Of a DNA stretch of 64,000 bases, positions 1 to 11,684 are shown one piece after another. The position numbers and the translations under genes were made by a program. The DNA is from Squalus acanthias. Lineage: Eukaryota. The DNA lies in assembly GCA_030390025.1 (NCBI GenBank), contig CM059432.1, positions 89,034,001 through 89,098,000 of the forward strand, read 5' to 3'. Below the pieces are notes generated by a model that ran no database searches, was not told the origin of the DNA, and worked only from the letters and a program-made list of their open reading frames with translations. The number at the start of each line of letters is the position of its first letter. Position 1 is the first letter of the stretch.

Positions 1-515
1 ATGGAAAACATGGTATTTGTTCAGAATAGACTGGCATCTCTTGAGGAGCGATGTTCAGCTATTGAGCAATCAAACCAGACCTTCACGCAAGTCCTCGGCA
101 GTAGGACTTCAAGTACAGAAATGGGTCCTCATGTCCCCCCTGAAGTGCAGCAAGGTGCTGTCAAGCCACTTGCTAGCTCTGAGGTGGGGCAGACCTATGA
201 GAGGGATGTTGGTGGCAGAGAACAAGGAAGTGGGGCTCCTCTCCAAGCGCTCACATGACCATGCCACTGCAAAGTCCTCAGTCAGAGCCCCACCAGAGTC
301 CCCACCCATCGGAGATCGGCGTCTCAACCCCTGCACAGCCGCAGGAGCAGCAGACTGTTGGCGAGCCCTCACAGGCTCGCAACCCCAGAGGACGCCCGCC
401 CAAGGTGTCGAGACAGGAGCAGTAAGAAAGTGAGCAAGGGGCCTCCACATCTGCTGATGCCAAGGGGGAACCACCATGTAGAAGCACGCGTAAGAGAAAG
501 AAACTGCACAAATAG
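1..515 (+). pseudogene. 3' part of Harbinger Myb/SANT-like accessory gene, frameshifted
   Basis: ENMVFVQNRLASLEERCSAIE matches exon 3 of the intact copy at 56430-57475. A frameshift gives an early TGA at 256-258; the homologous stop is at 513-515. Confidence 0.85.
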
Positions 516-772
516 TCACAAGGTTTGTCACTTGGGTGAAATGTTATGTTTAATTCTGATAAGCCATCAGTAGCTTCTTGTAACTAAAAAATCTGATGCC
601 GACTGCTGCAGTTGTGGCCTGTGTCATATCGCTATTGGGACTTCTACATTGCGGGCTTAGGAGGAGTAGCAGTTGTCAGAATGATGGTCAGAGTGCTAGG
701 AAGATGATGGTTCCTGGCCATTAATGATGCTGTGGCAAGAAGCTGCGAGGCAAAAGTGGTTGCTTGGCTAGG

Positions 773-2021
773 CTAGGCAAATCTGGCCAAGATGAGTGCA
801 TTCCTTGCATCCCGGCCAGCAATGGTCTCGCGTATTGCCGCCGCTGGTTGATGCGCCTCTGCCAGATGTTCGATTTCTCTCTCCTCCTCCTCCTCCTCCT
901 CCTCATCTGAGGAGGATATGTGAGGAGCCTCTTGGACCTCAGCAATCTGTAAGCCACGACGCTGTGCCATGTTGTGAAGCACACAGCAAACCAGGACGAT
1001 TCTGGAGACCCTGGCTGCTGAGTATTGCAGGGCTCCACCTGATCTATCCAGGCATCTGAAGCGCATCTTCAGCAAGCCGATGGTTTGCTCGATGATGGAT
1101 CTTGTGGAAATGTGGCTCGAGTTGTAGCGCTCCTCAGCCTCGTTGGATGGGCTCCTCAACGGCGTCATTAGCCACTTCTTCAGGGGATAGCCCTTGTCTC
1201 CAAGTAGCCATCCGTCAAGTTGGTCTGGCGGACTGAAGAGCGGAGGCATACTAGACTGGCGCAGGATGAAGGAGTCATGGCAACTGCCAGGGTACTTGGC
1301 ACAAACATGCAAAATTTCCTTCTTGTGGTCACACACCAGCTGAACATTGAGGGAGTGGAAGCCCTTGCGGTTGACAAAAATACCTGGATTGCGATGGGGT
1401 GCCTTAAGGGCCACATGCGTGCAGTCAACAATGCCCTGCACCCTTGGAAAGCCTGCCAGATTAGCAAATCCAACCGCACGCGCCGTGACATTTGCATGAT
1501 CCTTGGAGAAATGGATGTGATTGTGCGCGATGGCAAAGAGGGCATCGGTTACCTGCGTGAAGCAAGTGTGTGCGGCCAGCTGGGAGATGCCGCTGATGTC
1601 TGCTGCTGATCCCTGGAATGAGCCTGAGGCAAAAAAGTTGAGTGCGATGGTGACTTTGAGGGCCACTGGTAAGGGGTGTCCACCTGCTCCTCTGGGCTCC
1701 AGATCTTGCTGCAGCATTGCGCAGATGTCACCCACTACCTCTCGCGAAAGTCGGAGCTGCCTTTGGCACTGCTGCTCAGTCATGTTGAGGTAGCTGATTC
1801 TCTGTCTGTAGACCCTGTTTTGGGGGGTATCTCCTGCGCCGATGTTCATCCATGCAGTGGCGCCCTCTGCCCTGAGCAGCTTCAGGTGGCTGAGCAGCAT
1901 GTTGGAACTGCTGCCGTTGCTCCTGCAGTTGGTTCTGCTGTTGCTCAGGGTTCTCCTGCTGCCGCGGCTGGTCTTCATCCTCATCTGATGTCCAGGGGGA
2001 AAGGAACCGAATGGTTCCCAT
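773..2021 (-). CDS. Harbinger (HARBI1-family) DDE transposase, near-intact with one frameshift at ~1825
   Basis: Motifs [31 protein letters not shown] and [15 protein letters not shown] are present. ATG at 2021 (MGTIRF...Q-rich) is homologous to the ATG at 28210. The frame switches in a G6/T4 run near 1817-1827. Confidence 0.9.
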
Positions 2022-2837
2022 TCTTCTGGTAAATGCCTCAGTTGAGGAAGCGCTGAGTCAGTGTGGGGTGAGGGGTTTCCCAGGAGCTCACACTGGAGAT
2101 GGGTGTCAGGCTCCAAACTTCCACAACAATGAGTAGGCCTGCTAAAGTTTCCCCAGACCTGAACCAACTAAGTTCTGCCACCTGCAAATGATGATTGCTC
2201 CAAACTACTCTTTAATGGTGGAGCTGCAGCTGAAAGCCAGCAAGCCAAATGTGTAACCGCCAGGTTTCAGCATCGTGTTTCAGAGGAGGCGTGCATCACG
2301 TGGGAAACCTGTAAAAATCAGAATGGCCTCTCAAAATGGCATTCTAGAGCCAATTAAGAGCTTGTCAATGGCCTTAAGGGCCTATCCCGCCTCTTGGAGG
2401 CGGGACCGGAACGGGATCTGAAAACTCACAACTGGGAAAATTCGGCCGAGGCGGGATGGAGGCGGGATCGGGCCCGCCTGCCATTTTTTTGCTATTTTAA
2501 CTCCCCACATGCCCCCAATCCCGCCTCCACGGGCCGGTGAAAATCGAGCCCTAGAAGTTTATCTACAACCGTGAAAAAACAAATTGGTCTATAATTATCT
2601 GGCTTATCCCTTTCTCCTTCCTTGAGCTTTCAGCATCTGCCAGTTCTTTGGCACTGTTATGTTTCTGGATCTTCTACGGGAAGAGCAGGAGTGCTTCTTA
2701 AATTATTTTAGCTCATATCTTAAATTACCGCTCAAGGTTGAGTCTCAACTTCCCATGCCTTTGAAACTGTCCATCCTTGTCCTGAGACCTAGGTAAGCTT
2801 TCAATAACATGCTTGGGATAACCCAACAGAAATCCAT

Positions 2838-3378
2838 GGGCCGGAGTTTTCTGAGGTAAGAGCGGGTGGGTTGGAGGCGTGGGGGGAAGTGAAAGTTGAA
2901 AAAATGTGAACCCCGACCCCAACCCGCCTCCAACCCACCCACTTTCACCTTTCACTCAGGTGGGATGGGGGTGGGGGAGGGCGGGTTGGCAATTTACATG
3001 TTATAATGAGGCCTGAAGCCTCTACTTTAACCTGCTCTGCAGGTTTTACTGCAGGCGGCTGGGGATCCCAGGGCTCGGGATTCCCGGTGGCTGCAACAAG
3101 CTGGCTTCAGGTTAAGGGAGCAATGTTTGTGGGCCGGGAGGAGCAGGAATGCTTCTTCACAGCCCCCGCAAGCTCCCCCACCATCAGCCTGGCCCTTCCA
3201 GGGATCGGAGTGCCCCCCTTCCCCCCCCCCGCCCCCCCACCCCGGGCACGTGATTCGGCCCCGGGGTCGGGGATCGGACCCCCTCCCAGGAATCGCAACT
3301 GCAACCCCCCACCCCGGGGACAGGGATTGGACACACCCACCCAGGCATGGAAACACCCCTCCCCCAGGGGATCAGACA
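2838..3378. mobile_element. Degenerate Harbinger-like non-autonomous element fragment
   Basis: Begins GGGCCGGAGTTTT (similar to the local Harbinger TIRs) followed by GGAGGCG/CCCGCC subterminal motifs. No right end found. Confidence 0.4.
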
Positions 3379-5677
3379 CCCATCCTCACCAATCTACCTG
3401 TCGCAGATGCATCTGTCCATCACAGTATTGGTAGCAGTGACCACCGCACAGTTATTGTGGAGATGATGTCCCGTCTTCACACTGAGGACGCCCTCCATCG
3501 TGTTGTGTGGCACTACCACCGTGCTAGATTCAGAACAGATCTAGCAGCTGAAAACTGGGCATCCATGAGGCGCTGTGGGCCATCAGCAGCAGCAGAATTG
3601 TATTCCACCACAATCTGTAACCTCATGGCCCGGAATATCCCTCACTCTAACATTACCATCAAGCCAGGGGACCTAGTTCAATAAGGAGTGTAGAAGAGCA
3701 TGCCAGGAGCAGCACCAGGTGTACCTAAAATTGAGGTGCCAACCTGGGGAAGCTGCAACACAGGACTACATGCATGCTAAAAAGCGGAAGGAGCATGCTA
3801 TAGACAGGGCTAAGCGATCCCACAATCAACGGATCAGATCAAAGCTCTGCAGTCCTGCCACGTGAATGGTGGTGGACCATTAAACAACTAACGGGAGGAG
3901 GAAGCTCCATGAATATCCCCATCCTCAATGATGGTGGAGCCCAGCACGTGAGTGCAAAAGACAAGGCTGAAGTGTTTGCAACCATCTTCAGCCAGAAGTG
4001 CCAAGTGGATGATCCATATCGGCCTCCTCCTGAGGTCCCCACCATCACAGAAGTCAGTCTTCAGCCAATTCAATTCACTCCACGTGATATCAAGAAACGG
4101 CTGAGCACACTGGATACAGCAAAGGCTATGGGCCCGACAACGACCTGGCTATCGTGCTGAAGACTTGTGCTCCAGAACTAGCCGCGCCTCTAGCCAAGCT
4201 GCTCCAGTACAGCTACAACACTGGCATCTATCCGACAATGTGGAAAACTGCCCAGGTATGTCCTGTCCACAAAAAGCAGGACAAATCCAAACTGGCAAAT
4301 TACCGCCCCATCAGTCTACTCTCAATCATCTGCAAAGTGATGGAAGGTGTCATCGACAGTACTATCAAGCGGCACTTACTCACCAATAACCTGCTCACTG
4401 ATGCCCAGTTTGGGTTTTGCCAAGACCACTCGGCTCCTGACCTCATTACAGCCTTGGTCCAAACATGGACAAAGGAGCTAAATTCCAGAGGTGAGGTGAG
4501 AGTGACTGCCCTTGACATCAAGGCAGCATTTGACCGAGTGTGGTATGAAGGTGCCCTAGTAAAACTGAAGTCAATGGGAATCTGGGGGGAAACTCTCCAC
4601 CGGTTGGAGTCATACCTAGTACAAAGGAAGATGTTTGTGGTGATTGAAGGTCAATTATCACAGCCCCAGGACATCGCTGCAGGAGTTCCTCAGGGCAGTG
4701 TCCTAGGCCCAACCATCTTCAGCTGCTTCATCAATGACCTTCCCTCCAACATAAGGTCAGAAATGGGTTGTTCGCTGATGACTGCACAGTGTTCAGTGCC
4801 ATTCACAACTCCTCAGATAATGAAGCAGTTAATGCCCACATACAACAAGACCTGGACAACGTTCAGGCTTGGGCTGATAAGTGGCAGGTAACATTCGTGC
4901 CACAGAAGTGCCAGGGAATGACTATCTCCAACAAGCGAGAGTCTAAACACCGCCCCTTGACATTCAACGGCATTACCATCGCCGAATCCCCCACCATCAA
5001 CATCCTGGGGGTCACCATTGACCAGAAACTTAACTGGACCAGCCACATAAATACTGTGGCAACAAGAGCAGGTCAGAGGCTAGGTATTCTGCGGCGAGAG
5101 TCTCACTTCCTGACTCCCCAAAGCCTTTCTACCATCTACAAGGCACAAGTAAAGAGTGTGATAGAATACTCTCCACTTGCCTGGATGAGTGCAGCTCCAA
5201 CAACACTCAAGAAGCTCGACACCATCCAGGACAAAGCAGCCCGCTTGATTGGCACCCCATCCTTAACCTTAAACATTCACTCCCTCCACCATCGGCATAC
5301 CGTGGCTGCAGTGTGTACCATCTGCAAGATGCACTGCAGCAACTCGCCAAGGCTTCTTCGGCAGCACCTCATAAACCCGCGACCTCTTCCACCTATAAGG
5401 ACAAGGGCAGCAAGTGCATGGGAACACCACCACCTCCAAGTTCCCCTCCAAGTCACAAACCATCCTGACTTAGAAGTATATCACCGATCCTTCATCGTCG
5501 CTGGGTCAAAATCCTGGAACTCCCTACCTAACAGCACTGTGGGAGTACCTTCACCACACAGACTGCAGCAGTTCAAGAAGGCAGCTCACCACCGCCTTCT
5601 CAAGGGCAACTAGGGATGGGCAATAAATGCTGGCCTTGCCAGCGTCACCGACATCCCATAAACAAATTTTTAAAAAT
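3379..5677 (+). mobile_element. 5'-truncated non-LTR retrotransposon (CR1/L2 group), ORF2 pseudogene
   Basis: End of APE domain (IGSSDH), RT motifs YRPISLL, LDIKAAFD, GVPQGSVLGP and FADD across frameshifted ORFs 3127-5613. AATAAA and an A-rich tail follow the stop. Confidence 0.88.
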
Positions 5678-5679
5678 CC

Positions 5680-5897
5680 AATCGTTGCCAGAGAATCATT
5701 TTCTTCTTGCTCCTGTACTGTTTCCCCCAAAGATCTATCCTTAGCCCCCAACTATTGCTGCCCCTCAGCGATATCATTGGATAACACAACGTCAGGTTCC
5801 ACATGTATGCTGATGACACCCAACTCTATCTCAATACCACCTCTCTCAATCCCGCCACTGCATCTCATTTGTCAAGCTGCTAGTCCAAAAATTACCT
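5680..5897 (+). mobile_element. Old L2 LINE fragment, part 1 (continues at 12133-12297 and 18373-18587)
   Basis: Degenerate PQGS..LGP and YADDTQLY coding sequence. The colinear continuation after the ERV and after Harbinger copy 2 (AAENLIHAFVTSRLEYSNSLLAGLP) matches the L2 at 20084-20914. Confidence 0.75.
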
Positions 5898-6340
5898 TGT
5901 TGGTGAAAAATGAATTCACTCGAGTCTGTCTCAAAGCAGAAGATCACAGTTTATTTAACAGAGAGCTCTGGGAGAAGAGCCATAGACCCCGCGGTCTAGT
6001 GATCCACTTCTCGTCGTTACAGTGGTATCGAAACTTCTTTTATACATTATAGGGTTGGATACGCAATTCATTACATACAAATGTCTTCACCCAATCCCAT
6101 TCCCCCAGCAACAGCTCCTAATTATAATCTGCCCTTTAAGCTGTATTTTTACTTCCCTACCGAAACTATAAACATTGGGCCTCGCACATACACATCTTGA
6201 CCACAGACATTACTCATCGCACTGTGTCAGCGAAACCATTCTGTATTTACGAATTTACCTTAACTTTCACATTGCTGCTTTAACTTACATTCTTTAACTT
6301 TTACATTGTTGCTTTAAGCCCTATAATTTTTACCCTAACA
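5898..6340 (-). repeat. ERV-A 3' LTR
   Basis: Direct repeat of 11685-12127 with about 4 differences by eye. Preceded on the minus strand by a purine tract AGGAGGGAC (PPT, ~6341-6349). Confidence 0.95.
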
Positions 6341-6483
6341 GTCCCTCCTGTTTGTCCCTGATCAAAACTCCTTTTGTGACAGGGAACCAGCATCATACGG
6401 ATTTCTGGTAATGTAAGTAGATACTTTTACATTCCAGGGGCTCACAGTCCGTTAGTCAGACTGTGGCATCCTTGTATAGGGAC

Positions 6484-7662
6484 TCATATCCACACATCTC
6501 TCTCTCCGGGTGTCACTTGATTAACCATCATGACACTTACAGCAGGCCATGACATTTGAGCGCAACAACATTTTAACAATAGGGCCAGACCATACATCAC
6601 TAATATTATAACAAAGAACAAAATCAATCCTTGTACTACTGATATCCCGAGTGATCCCAACCATCCAGTTGCCCAGCCCAGCCCCAAAGGGTGGATGCCG
6701 GAGGTTGTTTTAATTTCTTTACTTCTTCCTGTATGTGTTCTGCCAAGTTAGTTATTGCTTCCGAGTTATCTGGTATGTAGGTACAACATTCTGTACCGAT
6801 TAGGGCACAGGTTCCCCCTTTTTCCACCAACACATAGTCAAGGGCCATCCGATTTTGTAGAGCTACTGTGCGGAGGGTTACCATCTCTACATTAACCTTA
6901 ACTAGGGCTTCAGCTGCATCATTGGCCACCTGCTCCAAGACGGAGGCCAGGTTAATGGATTCCCTTGCCAATTTAGCCACTCCATTCTCAGGGCAACCAG
7001 GGATAGGCCCTATGACTGCACACGAAATGAGTCCCGTTGTAGGGGATATACTTATTTACCTCTGGGGGGTCCCATTGTACTGAAAAGTCACCGCTTTCAT
7101 TTAGTGACGGGAGTTTCACACTACCCGTTTCACCAGGCAAGGCAATGTTATATGTGCAGTTACTGTAGCCCACAATAGGATCTGTCGGTCATCCCCTCTT
7201 TGCGAGACATAGTCCCCCCCTTTGTCCCTTCTTACTCCTCTTTCTCAGGAACGGTAGTAGATAGGAATCGTTATATGTTGACCATGTCCACCCACTACAA
7301 TATTCTGGGTTGTACCCATGACGTTGGAGCTTTGCTATAGTGCTGCCGTCTGTCTTGGCTTCATAACAGCCCACACTTGTGCATCCTGCTCTAACTCCAA
7401 ACATCCAACTGACTGTCTCATCATCACTAAGTGGGATTGGTTGTAGGGGGACTCCTTCCTCCGAGTGCGTGGGGACATGGGCGCAGACCCAACAGCTGGC
7501 AACATCAACTCTCTTGGCATATGTGTATGACATATATAAAAAGGTGTTCACCCGTAACCCTCTTTTGGCCCGTGGGGGTACTCTAGCCTGAGTCCTCCCG
7601 AGGCTACATATTATGATTATACAAACTAGCAAACTACACATGATATTGCATAACACATTCAT
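6484..7662 (-). pseudogene. env: ERV-A env, gamma-type (CxxC, ISD, CX6CC), with frameshifts and a deletion spanning the SU/TM cleavage site
   Basis: Signal-peptide-like MNVLCNIMCSLLVCIIIICSLG, RAKR, CWVC, immunosuppressive domain LQNRMALDYVL, CALIGTECC, and TM anchor LILFFVIILVMYGLALLL. Confidence 0.92.
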
Positions 7663-7766
7663 CTTATCACTTTATGTTAACAATGTCCCAAAGGCTATAT
7701 CGCCAACCGAACCGCTTTGTTGCTTGAAGATTCTATTTTGCTGTGGGGGTGAATAGAATACTGTCA

Positions 7767-7996
7767 TTAGGCTGGTTCCTCGATAATAACCATTTCGATT
7801 CCCTCCTCCTGCTCGACCGGTTGGAGTCGATGGGATTGCTCCCATACATGCTTCAGGATACTTCCCAGGGTGTATCCCATTAGGATAATGCATATTGTCC
7901 ATACCAACGTTTGCACCAGCACCCACTCCCATTCTTTGTATTGTCTAGCGTATTCTTCACTTCCCACAAAAGGTACTTGCTCTGGTGTAGCTATTT
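7767..7996 (-). CDS. Small single-pass transmembrane ORF of ERV-A (no ATG upstream of the conserved motif)
   Basis: Open frame ...ATPEQVPFVGSEEYARQYKEWEWVL followed by a hydrophobic stretch; aligns without gaps to ERV-B ORF 39055-39255. Confidence 0.6.
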
Positions 7997-8017
7997 TTAA
8001 GCTGGCGAAGGGTCATA

Positions 8018-8911
8018 GGGGTAAAAATTCACTTGGTTGCGCCTCCCGTTAGCGCCTTAAGAGGGCGCTAATGGGGCGCAAAGCCGCTAACGCCCGGGCG
8101 CAGCGATGTTTGCGCCGCTCGAGAACTTAACTTGAGATTGTGCGGCGGCGCTAAAACTTACCGCTGCGACCACCTGCGCGCGCAGATTGTGACGTCATTC
8201 CATGGTGCAACGCCCTTGTGGCGCCCCGTAGCGGAAATTGAGTGGCGCCCCCTGCCTTACCGCCTGGCGCTTCCAACGACCAGAAGACTGGAACGCTATC
8301 AATCGCTGTGGGGCTGGGGGGGGGCGCTATTTAAAGGGGGCCTCTTCCTGTCTTTTATTGTTGGTGGCATTTTTGAACTACGCATTCTGAGAGAGAGAGG
8401 GAAAGACTTCTGGAGAGATTCAACGTTGTGTGAAGGAGTTTTGGGTACTGAGCAGCACTTTGCAGGTTCATTTTGATTTGCCATTCCTTGTATCGATTTA
8501 GCAGAGACTGTGGGAGCTGCACTCTGAGCTCTTTGCCTGGTACTCTCCATTGTTCTTTCCAGCACATTTGATGTGCAAGTCTCTCCAGGCTGAGATTCAA
8601 GGCAGCAATGAACAGGATGTGGATGGAAAGCAAGATTAACCCTCCCCTTTAAGAACTGGCCCGTGCCATTGTGTGTGTGTTCCATTGCTGACTGACATTA
8701 CATGAGCTTCGCCAGCGCTTCGAGTTAGCACCTCACTCCTTGGCCTTTGCGCCTTAAGAGAGGTGTGCAGCGCCTGCTTTAGCGCTCCACTCACCTCCCG
8801 GGGCGGTAAAAGTGAAGTTTTCTGTCAGTGCCGATAATTAGCGCCAGGCGCTAATATTTGCGTCCGGACGATATTTGCGCCCCAAATGGGGCGCGACCTA
8901 ATTTCTACCCC
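8018..8911. mobile_element. Harbinger-type MITE (894 bp) inserted at the end of ERV-A integrase
   Basis: TIRs GGGGTAAAAATT / AATTTCTACCCC, 3-bp TSD ATA, many TAGCGCC motifs. A second near-identical copy starts at 63852. Confidence 0.88.
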
Positions 8912-9745
8912 ATAGACTTTTAGCTGTGTCCAGTGCTTCCATCGTCCCATGCTCTTCATATCAATGCAAGCACACGTATCTCCACTAATTAGAATCTGAT
9001 ATGGTCCTGACCATTTTGGGGCAAACCCGGGTTTCCCTGGTAAACCTTTAACCATTACCTTAGTCCCAGCGGGAGGGATATATGGGAACGCGGTCAATTC
9101 TAAATCCTTATCCTTTTCTTCCTGTCTGTCCCGCGTTTGCTGCCTCATTTCCTTTAATTGACTGCTTAATTCGAGGACATACCTTCGGAGCTTATCCTTT
9201 AGAGGACCCACATCCTCTCCTCCAGTTATTATGCCATGGGGGAGTTGCATTGCCCTCCCCGTCATTAGCTCATATGGTGATAAGCCCGTTGTTCGGTTTG
9301 GGGTGGCTCTTAGTTTCATTAAGACTGTTGGTAACACATCTACCCACTGTTGATGTTTGTCCCCTAAAGCCTTGGCTACGGCTGTTTTCAAGGTTCGGTT
9401 CATTCGTTCCACCATTCCAGAACTTTGGGGATGGTACGGAATGTGGAATTTCTGCTTTATGCCCATCCACTTGCATACATTCTTTACTACTGCTCCCGTA
9501 AAGTGAGTTCCCTGATCTGAGTCAATTTGGATCGGTATTCCCCACCTGGGAATTATTTCCTCTGCCATTATTCGTGCCACGGTGGTGGCAGTACAGTTCC
9601 GGGTTGGGAATGCCTCGACCCATCTAGTAAACTGGTCTATTATTACCAGGCAATACTTCTTACCCCTTGACGTGGGGAGGGGTCCAGTGAAGTCTATTTG
9701 TATATTTTCCCATGGGCCCCTCGGCCGTTGTTGGTGGGCCATCCG
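8912..9745 (-). pseudogene. pol: ERV-A integrase (core and C-terminus; HHCC domain deleted)
   Basis: QIDFTGP, IDSDQGTHF, YHPQSSGMVERMN (D,D35E) and GPY motif WSGPYQIL. Confidence 0.92.
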
Positions 9746-9799
9746 TATCTTAACGGGTCGTCCTGTTTTAAGGTCGCCCATACTGACTTCATTGCCTTG

Positions 9800-10257
9800 C
9801 ATATAATCCCATAGTCTCCTTCCTCCTTCCAGTCCTGGGCCACGAGTTTTGCACTTCCTACTGTTGCCAAATGGCAAAGTGGTTTTCCCCAGTTTACTTT
9901 GTTCCCGTCTCCCTGTACCCAGGTTAACTTTCCTTGTCGTGAATCTATTAACAAATTAAATTCTTTTAACAAATCTATTCCTAAGATAGTCCCCTCACTG
10001 TTTGGGCATACATAAAATTGTGCGGGTAATAGTCGTCCCGCCAATTCCAATACTTGTACCTCACTTTTAAATGCATGTAAACGCTCCCCTCCCAACCCCA
10101 CTATGTCTATCCTTTGTTTGGTGAGGGGAAGGGGTAAATCGGTAATGGATACAGAAGCTCCCGTGTCTACTAACATATCGTACTGCCGGCCCCCTAACAG
10201 TGCCGGTACATAGACTCTGGGATCTTCCTTCTCCCTCTTGATGGGGGCCGCTGCTAG
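9800..10257 (-). pseudogene. pro: ERV-A aspartic protease
   Basis: LVDTGAS catalytic motif and ILGIDLL motif; in frame with the gag stop at 10258-10260. Confidence 0.88.
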
Positions 10258-11194
10258 TCAGTGACCACCACCCTGTTCCTTTACATACTGCAGGAACTTT
10301 TGATACATATCAATGGTCCCGGTCTGGTTTGGCTCTTCCTTTTTTGTCCAACACCTCTCGGTTGAATGTCCCGGTCTTGCGCAATTAGCACATACCGGTC
10401 AGTTTTGTTTGGGGGCCCTACATTCTTTTGCCATATGACCCAACTTCCCAAATCTTTCAATATTGTTAATTTTTCTAAGGGCCTAAAAGCTTGGTACTTG
10501 GCTGTGGGATTTTGTACCATTCCCCCTCTTTTTAAAGGGGCTGCCTTTATTTTTATTACTGCTGCTAGTGTTGGAGCCTTTGCAGCTTCCAAGAGGGCCT
10601 CTATCCGCCGCTATTATGGCAAAATTTGGTATATAACTCCGACTGTAATTAAAGAGTCCTAACACTTTTCTGACCTCACCTTACCGAGACGGGTCTTGGC
10701 ATCTCTTGGATCGCCTTCCGTCGGTCTTGTGGCATGGTCCTTACCCCCTGGGACAATTGTTGTCCCAAATTTGTGACTGTAGTCTGCCCAATCTGTGCCT
10801 TTTTCGGGTCTACTTTAAACCCTCCTGTTTCTAGGGCTTGCAGAACCACCACCAGGGCGGCGGCATGCCCTCTGCTGTCTTCTGATGCTATCAAAAGATC
10901 ATCTACATATTGTAACTCTTGTTCTAATTCAAGAATTCTTTCATTTTTACTTGCAAGTCTAGTGTGGAGTCGCTGCACCTTGTTAGTTAATGCGACTAAT
11001 TGGTTTACTAGTATTACCCTCGCCTTTTTTGTCTTTTCTGTTTTTGACCCTCTACCACTTTCTTTTACCTTCGGATTCTGAAGCGGGTCCCACCCCTCCT
11101 TCGTCATCTTATCAACTAAACCCTTCCGGTCGTCTGCATAGAACCTAGTAAGGGATCCCATTTGTCCCCATTCTATTTCTTTCCCCGACGCCAT
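10258..11194 (-). pseudogene. gag: ERV-A gag remnants (N-terminus and two zinc knuckles) with an RT segment inserted between them
   Basis: N-terminal MASGKE...coiled coil, then YVDDLLIAS...LGLFNYSRSYIPNFA (RT, ~10610-10915), then GKLGHMAKEC and CANCARPGHSTERC knuckles. Confidence 0.8.
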
Positions 11195-11664
11195 TTGTAG
11201 TCCAACTTACAATCTTACCAAATGCTGAGTTCCTCTACTCGGGCTTGTTCTTGATACTTTAAAGACCTTCAAGCGGTTAATTAGTCACAACACACATATA
11301 TATTTGCTGACTTCACGATCCCAGGGTGCTTTGGAGCCTCTACGCCTACTTGATCCTGGCCGTCACGTGGGACTACGTCCTCTTAATTCAGGCTCAGGCA
11401 AGGTGTTTGAGACAAGCACCCTCCTTGTCCATGTCGTTTCGTCACTCACTCATTCCTTCGCGACATTTATCGCTACACAGTGTTCCCTTTAGTACTTGCG
11501 ATCCACACTCTCACAACTGTGTTCTCCTACCTCTCACAGACTTTACTTGATTCATGATGCTACGGCACTGTCCCTCCGCCTTTCCAGGTGACTCAATTTC
11601 TGGACGGTCAAAATTGACTTCTCGTCCGGGTTCACCGGTGTGGGCGGTCTTTCAGTTCCGGAGC

Positions 11665-11682
11665 ATTCTGCCAACTACGCCA
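11665..11682 (-). promoter_or_regulatory. ERV-A primer binding site, tRNA-Ser
   Basis: TGGCGTAGTTGGCAGAAT, 2 nt from the LTR; 16/18 match to the complement of the vertebrate tRNA-Ser(AGA/TGA) 3' end. Confidence 0.85.
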
Positions 11683-11684
11683 AT

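Larger units (their letters stand above)
1..2551 (-). mobile_element. PIF/Harbinger DNA transposon copy 1 (other end outside window)
   Basis: Terminal ...AAAATCGAGCCC at 2551 is the reverse complement of the GGGCTCGATTTT end of copies 2 and 4. Carries a transposase (minus) and the 3' part of the Myb-like gene (plus). Confidence 0.93.

Noticed and set aside
773..2167. Domesticated host HARBI1 gene, or the 464-aa ORF as annotated
   Set aside because: It is TIR-flanked, multicopy and paired with a Myb-like gene, so it is a transposon. The ORF-track N-terminus is an alternative frame; the homologous start is at 2021.
6484..7662. Syncytin-like captured env
   Set aside because: It is frameshifted, lacks the SU/TM cleavage region, and lies inside a young provirus.
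8132..8685. ORFs within the 894-bp MITE
   Set aside because: Short, overlapping, no recognisable domain; likely chance or decayed remnants.
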